A DNA stretch of 64,000 bases from Gemmatimonadota bacterium. Lineage in GTDB: Bacteria > Gemmatimonadota > Gemmatimonadetes > Gemmatimonadales > GWC2-71-9. The stretch covers positions 65,928-129,927 of the forward strand of contig QHUK01000017.1 in the NCBI GenBank assembly GCA_003222085.1, given 5' to 3'. The stretch's first letter is position 1, and every line of letters begins with the position of its first letter. Of this stretch, positions 28,306-38,110 are shown piece by piece. The notes beneath the pieces were generated by a model. It was not told where the DNA came from. It made no database searches and worked only from the letters and a program-made list of their open reading frames with translations. The translations under genes were made by a program, and so were the position numbers.

Positions 28306-31136
28306 GGATTGACGACCACGCGGCGGGTCGCGTCGGGAGCCCCCACCGATCCGTGCACTCGCAGCTCCACCAGGGGCGCGAAGCCCTCGGGCAACGCCAG
28401 CTCCCGCGTCGGCTGGGCGGGGAGCGGGGCGCGTCCTCCCGGGAGCACCGTGATGTCCCGGCCGTTGCCGAGCGAGCGCGGCTCGCTCAGCAGGAAGCGC
28501 ACGCGCAGCGTCGCCCGCCACGCATGGATGCCCTTGTCACGTGCAAAGCCCGGATACAGCTCGATAGTGAGCGGACGCCCCCGCAACGACGCCGGCAGCG
28601 CGAAGGCTTGCCGCCCGAACGCGTACTCGAGGGGCCCCTGAGACACCTGCTGCCCCGCGGAATCGAACTCGGTCACGCCGAAGTCGGTGAACTCGCGCCA
28701 CCGCTCGCGCGGCAGCTCCACCTCGACTACCGCCGTCGCCGCCCAATCGGGCACCCAGACCGTGAGGCTCTCGGGCGTCGCACCACGGCCCGCCACCTCC
28801 AGGGCACGCTCCACGCCGAGGAGCGCCTGCGTGACGCGCCCGCTCACGATTGCCGGGCCCGGGTTCGTCGCTTCCCGGTCCGCGAGGGTCAGCGGAGCGA
28901 GCTGCGCGCGGACGGTCGCGGTGGCCCCGGACCGGGGCGGCGCGACGACGTCCAGCTCGTACACGCCCGGGACGGCATCGTCCGCGCGGACGGTGAACCG
29001 GGCCGTGCCCGGCTGGGATCCGCCGATCGGAACGATCGAATCGCGCGCGAGGTCTCGAAATGGCGCGCCGTTGGGCTCGTACAGGATCGCCCTGGCGGTC
29101 TGCTGTCCCGAGTCGGCGAGCGTCACGCTGGTGACGAGCGTGGCGCCCGGCTGTGCCACGCGGAGAAAGTAGCGGCGCACCTGGGCGGGGCCCACCGTGC
29201 GCCGCTCGTCATACAGGGGCTTGTCCGCGAGATCGTACGGGACGACCACGACATTGACGAGTCTGAACACCGGGCCGGCGAGGGCGTCGCTGGGATTCCA
29301 TGCCGTCACCGTTCCGACGTACACGCCCGGCGCGCCGAGGGCGGCGGCCGAGTAGGTCAGGGGGATCTCGGTCTCGTGGGATCCCGCCGGGAGGATCGCG
29401 GGGGCGGACAACCACGGGGCGTCACTCTTCAACGAGAATTGTGCAACCCGGAGTCCGGTGACGTGGCGCGCCTGGAATGTCTCGACCGTGTCGCCCGGCC
29501 CCGCCAGACCCTCGCGCCGGAACGCGGCCGACCCGCCGCCGGTGGACGCGCGCACCGCGTACCCGGAGCCCTGATGTCCCGCGAGCAGCCACCGGTACGC
29601 CCGCTCGAGCTGCGGCAGGCCGGCCCCCTGGTCGAGCACGCTCGCGCCGGGCAATCCGGCTGCGGCCGCGCGGAGCGCGGCGCTCACCTCGGCACCGTCC
29701 GGTCTGCGCCCCTCCTGTGCCAGCGCCGACATGAGACACGCCGCGAGGCCGGCCACGTAGGGGGCCGACATGCTCGTGCCGGCCTTGATCTCGTTTCCCG
29801 TGTCGAACGAGGGAACGGTCGAGAAGGCCCACCCCGGCGCGAGCAGGTCGGGCTTCGCGAACTGTCCGCCACGCCCGCTGAACGAGCCGACGAAGTCGCC
29901 CGCGACCGGCGGCGCACCATCCTGCTCGAGCGGGACGTAGATCCCCGGCAGCGCCGCGCCCACGGAGATCGCCAGGTCGGCAGACCCGGGCAGACCCACG
30001 GTGGAGAGGCCGGGCCCGTCGTTCCCGGCGCTGATCGCGAACACGATCCCGGGATGGGCGGTGACAAACGCGTTGACGATCGAGTCGAGGACCGCACGCT
30101 CGCCGGGCTCGTTCCCGATGCCCCAGCTCAGGTTCAGCACGAGCGGCAGGTTGCGCTGCTCGGCGAAGCGGGCGGCGTACTCCATCGCGTGCTGAATGCT
30201 GCCCGTTACCGAGATACCGCCCCGCGCGTCGTTCGCGATCTTCAGCCCGAGCAGCTGCGCGCCCGGGGCGACCCCGTCGAAGCCGACGACGTTGAACAGG
30301 TTGTGCCCCGCGGCGATGCCCGCGACGTGCGTGCCGTGCGCGTTGTTGTCGAACACGAAGGCGAGCGTCGGCACACCGCTCACTTCACCAAAGTTGGCGG
30401 CCAGCGTGATCGGCTTCGTGCCGATGGCGATCGTCTCGCGGCCCTGGCGGTAGTCGTGCAAGGGCATCTCGTCCTCGAACGAGCCGTCCAGGTTCGTGTC
30501 GATGAACGCGACCCAGCCGTCCGTCGCCTTCACGACGATCACGGGAAAGACATCGCTGTTGCTCCCGTCACCGTTGAGATCGCCGCCCGGCACTTTCCCG
30601 AGGGGACGCTCCGCCAGCTCGCCGGCATACCACGTGGTCGCGGACGTGAGCCGCCCGATGCGACCGGCGCCGGAGAGCGCCCGGCCGGCGATCGAGACGG
30701 TGCCGTCCCCCGCCGGGGTGACGGGCGTGAGCCGCACGACGCCTTCCCCGGAGAAATCCCGCACGTCCAGGGTCTTGGGCGCGCCGGTGCTCGTGACGAT
30801 CAGGCCGTCCACGCCCGGGTCCACGCCCGTGTCGAGAATGCCGATCAGGACGCCGCGCCCGTCGTAGGTGGGGTGCTTGGCGCGGAAGTCGTCGACGCCC
30901 GCGCTATGGAGGGGCATGAGGCCCACGAGCAGCGCGCGCGCCGGCGGCAGAATCGGCAATCGGCTCGCGACGCCCGTGGCGGTCGCTGGGGGTTGGGACG
31001 CCGATGGTGGCGCGCCGGGACCCGAGGCCGGGACGGGGGAGGAGGCCGGCGTCGGGCGCGTGGCCGGTGGCGGGGCGGAGCCGCCGCAGCCGGCGACGAG
31101 GGCGATGAGCAGCAACGGGATGCGGCACGATCTCAT
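28302..31136 (-). CDS. Subtilisin-like serine peptidase (S8 family), large lipoprotein
   Basis: 944 aa. Lipobox LIALVAGC. Catalytic triad motifs are [10 protein letters not shown] (Asp), [11 protein letters not shown] (His) and [14 protein letters not shown] (Ser). A long C-terminal beta-rich extension follows. ATGA overlap with the carboxyltransferase stop. Confidence 0.9.
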   Translation of the reverse strand: MRSCRIPLLLIALVAGCGGSAPPPATRPTPASSPVPASGPGAPPSASQPPATATGVASRLPILPPARALLVGLMPLHSAGVDDFRAKHPTYDGRGVLIGILDTGVDPGVDGLIVTSTGAPKTLDVRDFSGEGVVRLTPVTPAGDGTVSIAGRALSGAGRIGRLTSATTWYAGELAERPLGKVPGGDLNGDGSNSDVFPVIVVKATDGWVAFIDTNLDGSFEDEMPLHDYRQGRETIAIGTKPITLAANFGEVSGVPTLAFVFDNNAHGTHVAGIAAGHNLFNVVGFDGVAPGAQLLGLKIANDARGGISVTGSIQHAMEYAARFAEQRNLPLVLNLSWGIGNEPGERAVLDSIVNAFVTAHPGIVFAISAGNDGPGLSTVGLPGSADLAISVGAALPGIYVPLEQDGAPPVAGDFVGSFSGRGGQFAKPDLLAPGWAFSTVPSFDTGNEIKAGTSMSAPYVAGLAACLMSALAQEGRRPDGAEVSAALRAAAAGLPGASVLDQGAGLPQLERAYRWLLAGHQGSGYAVRASTGGGSAAFRREGLAGPGDTVETFQARHVTGLRVAQFSLKSDAPWLSAPAILPAGSHETEIPLTYSAAALGAPGVYVGTVTAWNPSDALAGPVFRLVNVVVVPYDLADKPLYDERRTVGPAQVRRYFLRVAQPGATLVTSVTLADSGQQTARAILYEPNGAPFRDLARDSIVPIGGSQPGTARFTVRADDAVPGVYELDVVAPPRSGATATVRAQLAPLTLADREATNPGPAIVSGRVTQALLGVERALEVAGRGATPESLTVWVPDWAATAVVEVELPRERWREFTDFGVTEFDSAGQQVSQGPLEYAFGRQAFALPASLRGRPLTIELYPGFARDKGIHAWRATLRVRFLLSEPRSLGNGRDITVLPGGRAPLPAQPTRELALPEGFAPLVELRVHGSVGAPDATRRVVVNP

Positions 31137-32713
31137 GGTTGACTCGGCAGCACGAACGCCCCGACGTGGGGGCCGGTGAATTCGTCAGTCGCCTCGAGGA
31201 GAAACGCGAGCGTATCGCGGGTCTCCTCGGGCAGCACGATCGCGTCCACAAAGCCGCGCGCGGCGGCGAATCGGGCGTCGAGCTGATGCTCGTAGTCCGC
31301 ACGCATCGCGTCGACGGCGGGGGCATTTTCGGGCTTTGCCGCGTCATTCCCGAAGACGGCCTGGATCGCCGACTCGCCTTCCATGACGCCCATCCGTCCG
31401 GTCGGCCACGAGACGATGAAGTCGGGATCGAATCCCTGCCCGGCCATCGCGTAGTAGCCCGCCCCCGAGGCATGGTTCACGGTGAGCACGAGTTTCGGCA
31501 CCGTCGCCGTCGCCATCGCCTCGACGAAGCGCGCCCCCGCGCGGATGATTCCCGAGTGCTCGGCTTCGGTGCCGACCATGAACCCCGAGACGTCCTGGAC
31601 GAACAGGAGAGGGATCCGCTCGCGGTCGGCGTTCTCGATGAAATAGGCCACTTTCTCCGCGCTCTCCGTATAAATGATGCCCCCGATCTTGGGCGCCCCG
31701 CCCTTCCCTCCGCCCTTCCGGCCCTTGATCACCCCGCGCGAGTTGGCGATGAGCGCGACCGTGCGGCCTTCGATGGCGCCGTGAGCGCAGATCATCTCGG
31801 GGGCGAGATCGGGCTGGAACTCGTCCAGCTTGTCCGCGTCGAGCACGCACTCGAGCACGGCGCGGACGTCATAGCTCATGCGGTGGTCCGACGGCAGCAG
31901 ATCATACAGCTCCTTGGGGTTGCGTTTGGGCTTGCCGCCGGGCGCGGGAGGCCGGAGCGTCCGCGGCAGGCGCGCCACGTAGTCCCGGATGCGTGCCAGG
32001 CACTCACGATCGTCCTTCGCGCGATAGTGCGCCACCGCGCTCACCGCCGTGTGCGTCACCGCGCCGCCGAGGGATTCCGCGTCCACCGTCTGTCCGGTCG
32101 CGCCCTTCACGAGGTTCGGGCCCCCCAACCCCATGAACGACGTGCCTTCGACCATGAAGATCACGTCCGAGAGGGCGGGCAGGTACGCGCCGCCGGCGAT
32201 GCACGGTCCCATGACGGCGGCGATCTGCGGCACGCGGAGGTAATGTCGCATGATCGAGTTGTAGTAGAAGATCCGCGCCGCGCCGTACTGGCCGGGGAAG
32301 ACGCCGCCCTGGTAGGGGAGATTCACGCCGGCCGAGTCCACGAGGTAGACGATCGGGATGCGCTGACGCATCGCGATCTCCTGGGCGCGGAGCATCTTCT
32401 TGATCGTCTCCGGCCACCAGGAGCCCGCCTTCACGGTGGCATCGTTCGCCACCACCACCACCGGCCGGCCCGCGATCCGACCCAGACCCGTGACCACACC
32501 CGCTCCGGGCGCCTGGCCGTCGTACTGGTCGGATGCGACCAGCAGGCCGATTTCGAACCAGGCACCGCCCTGGTCGAGCAGGGCCTCGATCCGCTCGCGG
32601 GCGGTCAGCTTTCCCTGGTCGTGCTGGCGGCGCACCTTGTCGCGCCCGCCGCCCTGCTCGAGGCGCCCTTTGAGCTCGCGGTATTCCGCGGTCAGGGTCT
32701 TGAGCCGGCTCAC
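31133..32713 (-). CDS. Acyl-CoA carboxylase carboxyltransferase (beta) subunit, methylcrotonyl-/geranyl-CoA carboxylase (MccB/AtuC) type
   Basis: 526 aa. Contains GKLTARERIEALLD, VVVANDATVKAGSWWPETIKK, IVYLVDSAGVNLPYQ and MGPCIAGGAYLPA. The AnDaTVKgG motif is of the MCC/GCC type rather than PccB (QDFTVxGGS). No biotin carboxylase or BCCP gene is present in the window. Confidence 0.85.
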   Translation of the reverse strand: MSRLKTLTAEYRELKGRLEQGGGRDKVRRQHDQGKLTARERIEALLDQGGAWFEIGLLVASDQYDGQAPGAGVVTGLGRIAGRPVVVVANDATVKAGSWWPETIKKMLRAQEIAMRQRIPIVYLVDSAGVNLPYQGGVFPGQYGAARIFYYNSIMRHYLRVPQIAAVMGPCIAGGAYLPALSDVIFMVEGTSFMGLGGPNLVKGATGQTVDAESLGGAVTHTAVSAVAHYRAKDDRECLARIRDYVARLPRTLRPPAPGGKPKRNPKELYDLLPSDHRMSYDVRAVLECVLDADKLDEFQPDLAPEMICAHGAIEGRTVALIANSRGVIKGRKGGGKGGAPKIGGIIYTESAEKVAYFIENADRERIPLLFVQDVSGFMVGTEAEHSGIIRAGARFVEAMATATVPKLVLTVNHASGAGYYAMAGQGFDPDFIVSWPTGRMGVMEGESAIQAVFGNDAAKPENAPAVDAMRADYEHQLDARFAAARGFVDAIVLPEETRDTLAFLLEATDEFTGPHVGAFVLPSQP

Positions 32714-32731
32714 GGAGGACTGCGGAATGGA

Positions 32732-33148
32732 CTAAGCCGACACATGCTCGGCTGCCCATTCCTCGATGTATCTCACGAGGTCGGATGTCGGGGTCCCGGG
32801 GCCGAACAGCTTGCCGATCCCCTGCTGCTGCAGGGCCTCCATGTCCGCCGGCGGAATGATGCCGCCGCCCGTCACCAGGACGTCGTCCCGTCCGGCCGCG
32901 ACCAGGAGCTGCTTGACACGCGGGAAGAGCGTCAGGTGTGCGCCCGAGAGGATCGACAGGCCGACGACGTCGACGTCCTCCTGGATTGCCGCTTGCGCGA
33001 TCATCTCGGGGGTCTGGTGCAGCCCCGTGTAGATGACCTCCATACCCGCGTCCCGCAGCGCCGCGGCCACCACCTTCGCGCCGCGGTCGTGCCCGTCCAG
33101 GCCGGGCTTCGCGACCAGCACCCGAATGGGGCGCTTCGAGCCGGGCAT
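32732..33148 (-). CDS. Methylmalonyl-CoA mutase, cobalamin-binding small subunit/domain
   Basis: 138 aa. [34 protein letters not shown] contains the DxHxxG B12 motif, followed by GLSILSGAH. Confidence 0.9.
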   Translation of the reverse strand: MPGSKRPIRVLVAKPGLDGHDRGAKVVAAALRDAGMEVIYTGLHQTPEMIAQAAIQEDVDVVGLSILSGAHLTLFPRVKQLLVAAGRDDVLVTGGGIIPPADMEALQQQGIGKLFGPGTPTSDLVRYIEEWAAEHVSA

Positions 33149-34260
33149 CAGCGACGGAACCGCAGCAGGCCGGCGAGCCCGTCCACGACGCGGCGCGCCC
33201 GCTCGTCGTACACGACGTCGACCTGGACGCGCTGGGCCAGGGCCTCCTCGATGGCATCGTCGATGCGCCGGTCGTCGTCCTGCCCGTCGGCGAGCAGGGT
33301 GCGGACCTGGCCGCGCTGGAGCGCCTTGAGGGTCGGCTCGATGCCGTTCACGGCCCAGCCGGTCCCGATGCCCTCCCGCACGGCCTCCGCGTGCGCGCGC
33401 TCCCAGGCGCGCTCGCGCTCCTCGCGCAACGAGAGCGCCGCCTCGCGCACTTCGGTCGCCGTGACGCGCTTGGGGTTCAATCGCACCACGCCCAGGACGA
33501 GATCGTGCAGGTAGGTGTGCAGGTGGGGCAGCAGGGCCGCGGCGTCGACGCCGATGCCGGCGACCACGAGCCCGGCGAGCGGACGCTGGGTGTGGACCTG
33601 GAAGATGCGGTCCGCGACCTGGGCGTAGTGTCGCTGCCGCTCCTCCCGAATCCGCATGTGGTAGTTGTGCTCGCCGAAGCCACCCGCGAGCATGTGGCCC
33701 CGCTTCGCCTGGCGCTCGCCGTGGAACTTCCCCGGTCGCGTCGCCTCCGCGGTCAGGCTGGGCAGCTCCACGACGTCATACGCGGTCACCTCGAAGAACC
33801 GTGCACTGGTGCGGTCGCACGCGGCGACGAGGATGGTGCCGAATTCCTCCTCGAGCGCCACCAGCTCCCGCACCAGGGGCACGGGAGCGACCGCGAGCCG
33901 CGAGCGGTGGACGTGCGGGAGGGGGAGGGCCTCGAACAGGTCGAGTGCGCCGCAGGCAAACAGCGCGATCCCGCGTGCCGGCGGCAGCCGCGTCGGCTCC
34001 GCGAAGTACGCCTGCACGCGCTCCAGGTCCGCCGCCACCTGGGCCCGGAGCGCGCGGTCGAGCACCTGGCGCTCGAGGGCGGCGAGTGCCTCGCGGATGC
34101 GGTTCTTGATCTTGATGAGATACTTGCCCCGGGTCTTGTCCCGGGGCTCGAGTTTCAGGTAGCACGACACGACCTGATACGCGCCGGGCTGGACGTGCGA
34201 CAACCGCTCGACCGCGGCGCGCACCGCGCTCTCGTTGGCGGAGATCGGCAGGGCGGTCAT
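33148..34260 (-). CDS. aeRF1/Pelota-like (bacterial baeRF-type) protein of unknown function
   Basis: 370 aa. The C-terminal third, ...[29 protein letters not shown]...[26 protein letters not shown], follows the eRF1/Pelota domain-2/3 pattern (yG..ev..Al..GaV.tLLi ... gGIaAlLRf). The central region is [24 protein letters not shown]. The one-nt TGATG overlap with the downstream B12 subunit gene supports that this is a real CDS. Confidence 0.5.
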   Translation of the reverse strand: MTALPISANESAVRAAVERLSHVQPGAYQVVSCYLKLEPRDKTRGKYLIKIKNRIREALAALERQVLDRALRAQVAADLERVQAYFAEPTRLPPARGIALFACGALDLFEALPLPHVHRSRLAVAPVPLVRELVALEEEFGTILVAACDRTSARFFEVTAYDVVELPSLTAEATRPGKFHGERQAKRGHMLAGGFGEHNYHMRIREERQRHYAQVADRIFQVHTQRPLAGLVVAGIGVDAAALLPHLHTYLHDLVLGVVRLNPKRVTATEVREAALSLREERERAWERAHAEAVREGIGTGWAVNGIEPTLKALQRGQVRTLLADGQDDDRRIDDAIEEALAQRVQVDVVYDERARRVVDGLAGLLRFRR

Positions 34261-34263
34261 GGC

Positions 34264-35829
34264 CTAAAAGAACACCGGCTCGCGGTACGCGCCGTAGACG
34301 CTCTCGAGCGCGTGCCGGATCTCGTACAGGGTGCAGTACGCGCGGGCGCAGTCCAGCATCGGGCCGATCACGTTCTCGTCGGCGCGGGCCGCCCGACGCA
34401 ACGCCTCGAGCCGCTCCGCGACGAGCGCGTTGTCGCGCCCGGCCCGCAGGCGCGCGAGCCGGCGTCGCTGCCCCTCCTCGGCGTCGTCCGAGACCTTGAG
34501 GATCTCGACGGGGTGGTCGTCCGCGCTCAGGTAGTCGTTCACGCCGACCAGGATGCGATCGCCGGCCTCGACCCCGCGCTGGCACTCCTCCGCGGAGCGC
34601 GCGATCTGCCGCTGGAACCAGCCGCTTTCGATTCCCTTCACCACGCCGCCCACCGACTGGATCTCCGCGAACAACCCCTCCGCTTCCCGCTCGAGCTGGT
34701 CGGTGAGCGATTCCACGTAGTAGGACCCGCCGAATGGGTCGATCACGTCCACGACACCGGTTTCGTGTGCGATGATCTGCTGCGTCCGGAGCGCCAGACG
34801 GACCGCCTCCTCGGTGGGAAGCGCGAGCGTTTCGTCCAGCGAGTTGGTGTGGAGCGACTGCGTGCCGCCGAGCACCGCCGCGAGCGCCTGGTAGGCGACC
34901 CGGACCAGGTTATTCATCGGTTGTTGCGCCGTGAGGGTAACCCCCGCGGTCTGGGAGTGGAACCGCATCATCGCGGAGCGCGGGTTCTGCGCGCCGTAGC
35001 GCTCCTGCATGTGCCGGGCCCAGATGCGGCGGGCCGCGCGGAGCTTCGCGATCTCCTCGAAGAAATCGTTGTGGATATCCCAGAAGAAGGAGAGGCGTGG
35101 CGCGAACGCGTCCACGTCCAGCCCGCGCGCGATGCCCCGCTCGACGTAGGTGAACCCATTGGCGAGCGTGAACGCGAGCTCCTGCGCCGCGGTCGCTCCT
35201 GCCTCCCGAATGTGGTAGCCGGAGATCGAGATCGTGTTCCACAGCGGCGTGTGCGTGGCGCACCACTCGAACATGTCCACGATGATCTTGAGGGCGGGCT
35301 CGACGGGGTACACCCAGGCGTGCTGGGCCATGTACTCCTTGAGGATGTCGTTCTGTACCGTGCCGCGCAGCGCGGTGCTCGGCACGCCCTGCTTCTCGGC
35401 CGCGGCGACGTAGAAGCAGAACAACATCGCCGCGGGCCCGTTGATGGTCATCGAAGTCGAGACTTGATCGAGCGGGATGCCACGGAACAGGTCTTCCATG
35501 TCGGCGAGCGATGAGATCGCGACGCCGCACTTGCCCACCTCGCCTTCGGCGCGCGGGTGGTCGGAGTCGTAACCCATGAGCGTGGGGAAGTCGAACGCCA
35601 CCGACAGGCCGGTCTGCCCGTGCTCGAGCAGGAACTTGTAGCGCCGGTTCGTGTCTTCCGCGCTCCCGAACCCCGCGAACTGCCGCATCGTCCACAGCTT
35701 CCCCCGGTACATCGTCGGATGGATGCCGCGGGTGAACGGATAGCCGCCCGGCGCCCCTAACCGGTTGCGCGGGTCGAAGCCGGCGAGGTCGTCCGGCGTG
35801 TAGACCGGCTTTTTCTCAATGCCGCTCAT
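34264..35829 (-). CDS. Methylmalonyl-CoA mutase, large (substrate-binding TIM barrel) subunit
   Basis: 521 aa. Contains [47 protein letters not shown] and [16 protein letters not shown]. It lacks the B12 domain, which is encoded separately at 32732..33148. Confidence 0.92.
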   Translation of the reverse strand: MSGIEKKPVYTPDDLAGFDPRNRLGAPGGYPFTRGIHPTMYRGKLWTMRQFAGFGSAEDTNRRYKFLLEHGQTGLSVAFDFPTLMGYDSDHPRAEGEVGKCGVAISSLADMEDLFRGIPLDQVSTSMTINGPAAMLFCFYVAAAEKQGVPSTALRGTVQNDILKEYMAQHAWVYPVEPALKIIVDMFEWCATHTPLWNTISISGYHIREAGATAAQELAFTLANGFTYVERGIARGLDVDAFAPRLSFFWDIHNDFFEEIAKLRAARRIWARHMQERYGAQNPRSAMMRFHSQTAGVTLTAQQPMNNLVRVAYQALAAVLGGTQSLHTNSLDETLALPTEEAVRLALRTQQIIAHETGVVDVIDPFGGSYYVESLTDQLEREAEGLFAEIQSVGGVVKGIESGWFQRQIARSAEECQRGVEAGDRILVGVNDYLSADDHPVEILKVSDDAEEGQRRRLARLRAGRDNALVAERLEALRRAARADENVIGPMLDCARAYCTLYEIRHALESVYGAYREPVFF

Positions 35830-36896
35830 CGGGTCGCGTCCCCTCCCTCCCCTGCCTTGACCTGATCGAGGATCTCAGCCGCGACGTCGTAGGGGCTCCG
35901 CCGGCCGTCCGCGACTTCGTCCAGCCGCAGGGCCAGCAGCTCCTCGACGCGTGTTGCTTCCAGAAGCCAGCGCCTGAGCTTGCGCTCCAGAACCGCGCGC
36001 GTCCGCGCCGCCAGGCGCTGCCGCCGTCGCTCGGCGAGCGTGCCGCTCGCTTGAAGATAGGCGTAATGGCGATCGAGAGCAGCCGCGAGCTCGTCGACGC
36101 CGGTGCCCGTCGTGGCCGCGGTGGCGAGCACCGGCGGCTCCCACTGAGAATCGGCGGGGCCCTGCCCCGTCCTCCCCCGTCCTCCCCCGCCCTTCCCCGC
36201 CCGGGGCGGTGCCGGGTGGTGGGGAGAGATGTGCCGGAACGCATTCCCCCGCCGGATGCCCAGCATTACTTCGACCTCCTGTCGAAACTTGTCCGCGCCC
36301 GGACGGTCGCTCTTGTTCACCACGTAAATGTCGGCGATCTCCATGACCCCGGCCTTCAGGGCCTGAATCCCGTCGCCCGATTCGGGCACGAGCACCAGGA
36401 CCGTCGTCTCCGCGCTGCGCGCGATGTCGAGCTCCGTCTGACCGACGCCCACCGTCTCCAGCAATACGCGCTCGAAGCCGAACGCCTCGAGCAGATCGGC
36501 GACCTCTTCCGTCGTGGTGGCAAGCCCGCCCTGCGCGCCCCGCGTCGCCATCGAGCGGATGAACACACCCGGGTCGAGGCTGCCGGATTCCATCCGGATC
36601 CGGTCCCCGAGCAGCGCACCGCCGGTGAACGGGCTCGTCGGATCGACGGCCACGACGCCGACCGAGAGGCGGCGGGCGCGAAACCGCTGGATCAGCGCCT
36701 CGGTGAGCGTGCTCTTGCCGGCGCCGGGGGGACCGGTGATCCCGACCCGCCGCGTGCCGCCGCGCCCGAGCAAGCCGTGCGCGTGCGACAACACGCGCTC
36801 GAACCCGTTGTGCTGGTTCTCGACCAGGGTGATGGCGCGGGCCAACGCAACGGGGTCACGCCGGGCGAGCCCCTCGAGAATCCGCTCCGTCGTCAC
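35826..36896 (-). CDS. meaB: Methylmalonyl-CoA mutase-associated GTPase MeaB/ArgK, with a repeat-encoded internal insertion
   Basis: 356 aa with GTG at 36896. P-loop [13 protein letters not shown], plus ETVGVGQ and VVNKSD. Between HH and W.PPV it carries about 20 extra residues ([21 protein letters not shown]) encoded by decamer repeat copy D. Confidence 0.9.
   Translation of the reverse strand: MTTERILEGLARRDPVALARAITLVENQHNGFERVLSHAHGLLGRGGTRRVGITGPPGAGKSTLTEALIQRFRARRLSVGVVAVDPTSPFTGGALLGDRIRMESGSLDPGVFIRSMATRGAQGGLATTTEEVADLLEAFGFERVLLETVGVGQTELDIARSAETTVLVLVPESGDGIQALKAGVMEIADIYVVNKSDRPGADKFRQEVEVMLGIRRGNAFRHISPHHPAPPRAGKGGGGRGRTGQGPADSQWEPPVLATAATTGTGVDELAAALDRHYAYLQASGTLAERRRQRLAARTRAVLERKLRRWLLEATRVEELLALRLDEVADGRRSPYDVAAEILDQVKAGEGGDATR
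36161..36228. repeat. Decamer-array repeat, copy D (C-rich arm x4 plus short partial G-rich return), inside meaB
   Basis: cctgccccgt cctcccccgt cctcccccgc ccttccccgc cc, followed by ggggcggtgccgggtggtggggagag. It uses the same unit (complement NNGGGGGAGG) as copies A-C and is in frame within the meaB CDS. Confidence 0.7.
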
Positions 36897-36910
36897 GCAA
36901 GACTCATGCT

Positions 36911-38110
36911 TCAGATCCGCTCGTCGGCGCGCTCGAGCGGCACGGTCCGCACCGGCCCCGGCCGGACCGCGACGCGCTCCACGCGGGTGGCCGTGGCGGC
37001 GAGAATGTCGAACTCGAGCCCGTGGAGCGCGAAGCGCTCCCCCGGTCGCGGAATGCGGCCCAGCGCCTGCACGAGCAGCCCGGCCACCGTCTGGACCCCG
37101 CGCGCGGCCAGCGTGACGCCCAGCGCCTCCTCGAGCCGGCTGGCCGGGGCGCTTCCCTCCAGCTCGACGATCCGGACGGGCGCCTCGTCGGCGGGGGGCG
37201 GTTCCCCCGATTCGAAGATCTCCGACACCAGGTCGCGGAGCAGGTCCTCGAACGTGACCAGGCCGGCCGTCCCGCCGAACTCGTCCAGCACGACGGCGAG
37301 GTGGCTCCGGCCGCGCTGCATTTCCAGCATGAGATCGGCCGCCCGCGTGGTACCCGGCACGAGGATCGCCGGCAGGGTGGGAACGGGCGCGTCGGGCGGC
37401 AGACGGAGCAGATCGAACGCATGCGTCACGCCGACGACGTCATCGAGCGATCCCCGGTACACCGGATATCGGCTGTAGCCCGATTGGAGGCACACGTGCG
37501 CCGCCTCCGCGGCGAGCAGGCCTTCGGGAAGGGCCACGATCGACGTGCGGGGCGTCATCAGCTCCCGCACGGGCCGGTCCGCGAAGGCCAGCACGCCCGA
37601 CACGACCGCCATTTCGTCCGCGGACGCGAGCGCCTCGGTGTCGGCGTTGGTGAGCACGGCCGCGAGCGTCGTGCGGGTCGAGGGGTCGCGCCAGGGGACG
37701 AAGGGGGCGAACGCGCGGCCGAGCTTCTCGAGCCGCGGTGCCGCGTGCGCCACGATCGGCTCCGCCCAGCGCCGGCCCACCACGCGCGGCACGAGGTACG
37801 CGGCGCTCAGGAGCAACGGGATCCCCAGTGCGATGGTGAACACGCCGAGCACCGTCGGCGTCGTGCGGGCGAGGAGCGCGGGGATGGCGGTCGCTGCGCA
37901 GAGGATGCCGATCGTCGTCAGGGCGTTCGCGGTCGCGAGCACCCGCCCCGGGTTCTCGAGCACCCCGGCCGCGCCGCCGGAGCCGCGCAGCTTGTACGAT
38001 ACCCAGCGAGTGAGCTCGAGCTGGCTCACGGCCGCCGCGGCGACACCCACGGCCGCCGACGCGGCCGCGAGGAGCAGCCCGCTCACGAGCAGCAGGGCGG
38101 GCAGGGTCAC
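36911..38110 (-). CDS. CNNM/CorC-type transporter-associated protein (DUF21 membrane domain, CBS pair, CorC_HlyC)
   Basis: 399 aa. N-terminal hydrophobic DUF21-like region, a CBS pair (VRELMTPRTSIV ... YSRYPVY), and the C-terminal motifs HLAVVLDEFGGTAGLVTFEDLL and GERFALHGLEFDI. Confidence 0.85.
   Translation of the reverse strand: MTLPALLLVSGLLLAAASAAVGVAAAAVSQLELTRWVSYKLRGSGGAAGVLENPGRVLATANALTTIGILCAATAIPALLARTTPTVLGVFTIALGIPLLLSAAYLVPRVVGRRWAEPIVAHAAPRLEKLGRAFAPFVPWRDPSTRTTLAAVLTNADTEALASADEMAVVSGVLAFADRPVRELMTPRTSIVALPEGLLAAEAAHVCLQSGYSRYPVYRGSLDDVVGVTHAFDLLRLPPDAPVPTLPAILVPGTTRAADLMLEMQRGRSHLAVVLDEFGGTAGLVTFEDLLRDLVSEIFESGEPPPADEAPVRIVELEGSAPASRLEEALGVTLAARGVQTVAGLLVQALGRIPRPGERFALHGLEFDILAATATRVERVAVRPGPVRTVPLERADERI

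Noticed and set aside
28236-31142. 968-aa plus-strand ORF opposite the S8 peptidase
   Set aside because: The S8 frame carries the complete Asp/His/Ser catalytic motifs and a lipobox. The antisense ORF is low-complexity.
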